Shown here: positions 60,985 through 64,000 of the stretch, in pieces | How the letters are laid out: the number at the start of each line of letters is the position of its first letter | Position numbering within the stretch: the stretch's first letter is position 1 | Translations under genes and position numbers: made by a program | The notes under the pieces: model-generated | Told to the model about the DNA's origin: nothing | The model's input: the letters and a program-made list of their open reading frames with translations, nothing else | The model's database searches: none | From: Trichinella spiralis | Lineage: Eukaryota | Assembly (NCBI RefSeq): GCF_000181795.1 | Contig: NW_003526943.1 | Location: 10,861,759 to 10,925,758 of the forward strand | Direction of reading: 5' to 3' | DNA length: 64,000 nucleotides

Positions 60985-63960
60985 ATGAGTAGCGCCGAAT
61001 CGAAAATTGAATCGCACAAAAATTTATCGAAATTGTCTCGGGGAGAAGTTAAATGTGAAACAGAATGTCGACTAGAACAATGCTATTATAAATTGACGTT
61101 GGATTTTCACAAATTTACTTGCGATGAGATCGACGCGCATACGATTGGCGCAGTCGGTTGCGATACTGTTGAAGAATTGTCGCTCGGTCTTTTGTTTGGT
61201 ATATTGATCGAACCGGATCGTGCGGTTGGTTATTTTCGTAATTTGATCACCCTCAATCAAGATGGTATGCCCTGCGTTATCAATTCGTTGTTGCCGTTAA
61301 TTGGCGAGACATTTAACAAATGCACTGAATCGGTTAGGAAGCAAATTGTTTGGTTGTTTCGAGAGCTTGCAAAAATGAATTGCCAAGGAGCGGACACTGT
61401 TTGTCAGCTTTTGTTGCGCCAATGCAGTACCGGTGATTTGAGTTGCAAAAATGTGTGGCTAGCTGAATCGCTTGTTGACGTTTTTACGGCACAATTTTCC
61501 TGGCTGGAGAAGAATCCCTCAGTGATTGGATTTGTAATATACAAATTTCTCCGTCTGATCCGGGATCACCAGGCGGATGCGCATCGCGCATTGCTCGAAA
61601 AAGAGACCAACCTCTGCGTGAAGTTGCTTCGTGATCACATGCTTCAGTGCGCGGTCGTTGGTCGTGATTTGGTTCGTCTTTTGATTTCGGTCGGTGGTTT
61701 TGCACCATTCAAGTTGATTTTTCAAGAAATGATAACAAATCCAAGTTGTTTCGGTAGTTCGTTTGGCGGCTTGCAGCAGCTTCTTCAACAACGCACGTCG
61801 CGTCGCTTTCACGCCAGTTTGATAACTTGTGATTTGGAGAACAAATTGAAATTAATGCTCAGCCAAGTTCGAATGAATGACTGCCAACAATTTCTTCCCT
61901 GGTTGGATGCTCATTATTTCGCAAAGCCCGAACAAGCATCCCTGAGGCAGGACGTGATTCGATTCATCTGCACATGCATCTATCCAACTAACGAAGTGAT
62001 CAATTCGACAATAATCCAGCGATGGTATTTCATTTCTCAGTTGATATCCACATGCCCGGTTCCATTGGAAACGATATTCTGCAAATTAGCATTGTATTAC
62101 GATTGGCTGTTTTTCAATCCCGATTCGGAAAGCGTGATGCTGTTGGAGCCGGCGATTTTGATGGCGCGCAACTTTCTCCCCTCACAACCTGAACAAGCGT
62201 TCAGCATTTTGGAATTTCTCGCTCTCACTGCGTACGAATTTTACCCGCCCATGCGGGATCAGATGCTCGCCTGTGTTCGCGGTTCGTTCAGAAAAATCCT
62301 TTCGGACAACGTGCTGCCGTCGATGGACGTGTTCTTTGCCTTGCCAAATTGGGATGAGAAAGCGAAACAGAAAGTGTGGAATATTTGTCACGACGACGAC
62401 GACGACGACATCCCGACGTCGGTAAAATCACACAATACAGAAACCCAACTGACTGGTGTCGATGAACACGACGGAATGGAGTCTACCGAAAGCAGCAAAC
62501 AGTGCAGTTCGGAGGAGGACTGGGAAGCGGACAAGTTGAACCATCTGCTTGGTGAGCTGGATCCGAAATTGCGCGTTTGTGTGAAAAAGCTGAGCGAGGT
62601 GAAAAACGAAAGCAGCAGCTCTTGCAAAGCGATGGTCGACTTGTTGATGGCGATGTTCCAGTTGGAAAAATTCGACCAAGAGCAGGCGACTTCGCTGGCC
62701 GGATGTCTGTGTATGCTTTTCAAGATGTTTTTTGCTCATCGTCTGTTGCCGGATAATTTATCCAACTTTGAACAGCAGCAGCTGTTGCAGCAACAGCATC
62801 AGCAGCAGCAAGATTGTTCGGATGATAATTTAAATGAACCGTTGTTCATGATTTTTCGCAATCTCTGTCTGACACCCGAAGATGATCCGTCGAGAAAGCC
62901 GTTGCTGCTGCTGTTGGCCAAGATGTACGAAAAGCAGCAACGTCTGGGTTATTTCTTTTTGTACTTTCTCCAGTACAACGGTTCTACTATAAAAAGTAAA
63001 ACCATGACTCCGTACAAGGATTTGGCGAAATTGGTCGGCAACAGTTTGGACGAGATGTTGGAGCAAGATTTGAAAATGTGCGCCCGGGACGATTACCGCC
63101 TGTTTTTCCTGCTGTTGCCGCACGTCTACAAAGCTTGTCCTGAAGTGTCGCTGCGGTCGACGGAAATTATCCACCTCGTCGCCGCTTATTTCGACGGTGT
63201 CATATTGTACGATTTTTTGGTCCAAATGAACGAACTGGAGCTGCAACTGTTTCGCAAAGATACGTTCCCGTCGGTGCTTCAGGCGAGCCTCGAATGGTCG
63301 ACCATGGAGCAGATGTGCTTTTGGAATCTGGTCAGCGCCGACGGGGTTCCAATCGAGTGGATTCAGCATACGATACCGAAATTGGAATATCCCAAGCACG
63401 TCGAAGCGATGATCAACATCTGCTTGATGCTGGGCCAGCTGAAACGCGAGCCGGGCAAAGTGCTCGTGCGTCAACTGCTTTCGTCCACTGAGCATCGGTT
63501 CGCGGTGAACGGCTTGAAAAAGCTGATGGTCGAATATGAAAATCGCACCGCCGACCTGGTCGCCCAGATCTTGTGCAGCACGGTCGCCGATGCCGGCGCC
63601 AAGGCGAAACGTCACCAGCCCAAGGCCCCATCCCAGGAGCAAATTCTTGCCCATTTGGATCACTTCCGTTGCAGTACGAGCAGTTGCGATTCGTTTTTCT
63701 CCAAAGAGCCGATCCAAGCCGCATTGAACACCGTCAGGGCGCGTTGTTCGCAAGCGTTGAGGGCCCAGTTCAGCGATTTGTTCAGCATATCCGAAATTTT
63801 GGACAGCGTTCGAGACGGTCGATCGTTGCGCCGGCGTTCTGTCCCCGCATCCAGGGCTAAAGTGAACGACAGCAGCGACGACGATGCTGGATCTTATGTT
63901 TCGGCCAAAAATGCGAAAAAGCGTGCAAAACAGTCGATTGTCTTTTCTGATAGTGAATGA
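60985..63960 (+). CDS. INTS3: Integrator complex subunit 3 (SOSS-A), single coding exon
   Basis: 991 aa: EELSLGLLFGILIEP, KNVWLAESLVDVF, YKFLRLIRDH, VGRDLVRLL, RTSRRF, LRQDVIRFICTCIYPTNEV, KLALYYDWLFFNP, EPAIL, SLEWSTMEQMCFW, QILAHLDHFR, FSDLFS, acidic/basic tail. Confidence 0.96.
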   Translation: MSSAESKIESHKNLSKLSRGEVKCETECRLEQCYYKLTLDFHKFTCDEIDAHTIGAVGCDTVEELSLGLLFGILIEPDRAVGYFRNLITLNQDGMPCVINSLLPLIGETFNKCTESVRKQIVWLFRELAKMNCQGADTVCQLLLRQCSTGDLSCKNVWLAESLVDVFTAQFSWLEKNPSVIGFVIYKFLRLIRDHQADAHRALLEKETNLCVKLLRDHMLQCAVVGRDLVRLLISVGGFAPFKLIFQEMITNPSCFGSSFGGLQQLLQQRTSRRFHASLITCDLENKLKLMLSQVRMNDCQQFLPWLDAHYFAKPEQASLRQDVIRFICTCIYPTNEVINSTIIQRWYFISQLISTCPVPLETIFCKLALYYDWLFFNPDSESVMLLEPAILMARNFLPSQPEQAFSILEFLALTAYEFYPPMRDQMLACVRGSFRKILSDNVLPSMDVFFALPNWDEKAKQKVWNICHDDDDDDIPTSVKSHNTETQLTGVDEHDGMESTESSKQCSSEEDWEADKLNHLLGELDPKLRVCVKKLSEVKNESSSSCKAMVDLLMAMFQLEKFDQEQATSLAGCLCMLFKMFFAHRLLPDNLSNFEQQQLLQQQHQQQQDCSDDNLNEPLFMIFRNLCLTPEDDPSRKPLLLLLAKMYEKQQRLGYFFLYFLQYNGSTIKSKTMTPYKDLAKLVGNSLDEMLEQDLKMCARDDYRLFFLLLPHVYKACPEVSLRSTEIIHLVAAYFDGVILYDFLVQMNELELQLFRKDTFPSVLQASLEWSTMEQMCFWNLVSADGVPIEWIQHTIPKLEYPKHVEAMINICLMLGQLKREPGKVLVRQLLSSTEHRFAVNGLKKLMVEYENRTADLVAQILCSTVADAGAKAKRHQPKAPSQEQILAHLDHFRCSTSSCDSFFSKEPIQAALNTVRARCSQALRAQFSDLFSISEILDSVRDGRSLRRRSVPASRAKVNDSSDDDAGSYVSAKNAKKRAKQSIVFSDSE

Positions 63961-64000
63961 ATAATGGTGAATTTCTTCTTTCACGTCTTCTCACCATTCT

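Noticed and set aside
62830..63984. 384-aa antisense ORF over INTS3
   Set aside because: Confined to the GC-rich 3' half of the real CDS; no independent coding signal.
1..64000. CRISPR arrays, prokaryotic operons, rRNA genes
   Set aside because: None seen; the DNA is eukaryotic and the short direct repeats are microsatellites. Most 60-120 aa ORFs in the track are AT-rich noise or exon fragments.

Overview
AT-rich eukaryotic genomic DNA with short GT-AG introns and a 10-N scaffold gap at 763-772. Gene style and repeat content suggest a nematode, most likely Trichinella-like (inference, not proven). I spliced and translated the genes by hand. Recognisable genes: a ~20-exon ARAP-type PH/RhoGAP/RA gene (-), NSRP1/CCDC55 (+), tRNA-His, PABPN1, GOT1B, tRNA-Val, a PepT/SLC15 transporter, transportin-1, CDC16/APC6, PDSS1 and INTS3. 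Less well-defined genes: an Ig+EGF single-pass membrane protein and a ~10-exon low-complexity orphan. A transposon patch at 22.8-25.3 kb holds a Ty3/gypsy RNase H relic, a probable solo LTR and a pogo/Tigger-like TIR element. Most interesting points: (1) two convergent candidate neuropeptide precursor genes in the apparently empty 17-22 kb region, one MIP/allatostatin-B-like (W-x6-W-amide) and one absent from the ORF track that encodes KR-LDPQYFQLGF-GKR (NLP-1/buccalin-like); (2) a neuregulin-shaped Ig-EGF-TM protein lacking the EGFR-ligand arginine; (3) five conserved genes with intron-free or nearly intron-free, mostly GC-rich CDSs beside intron-dense AT-rich genes.
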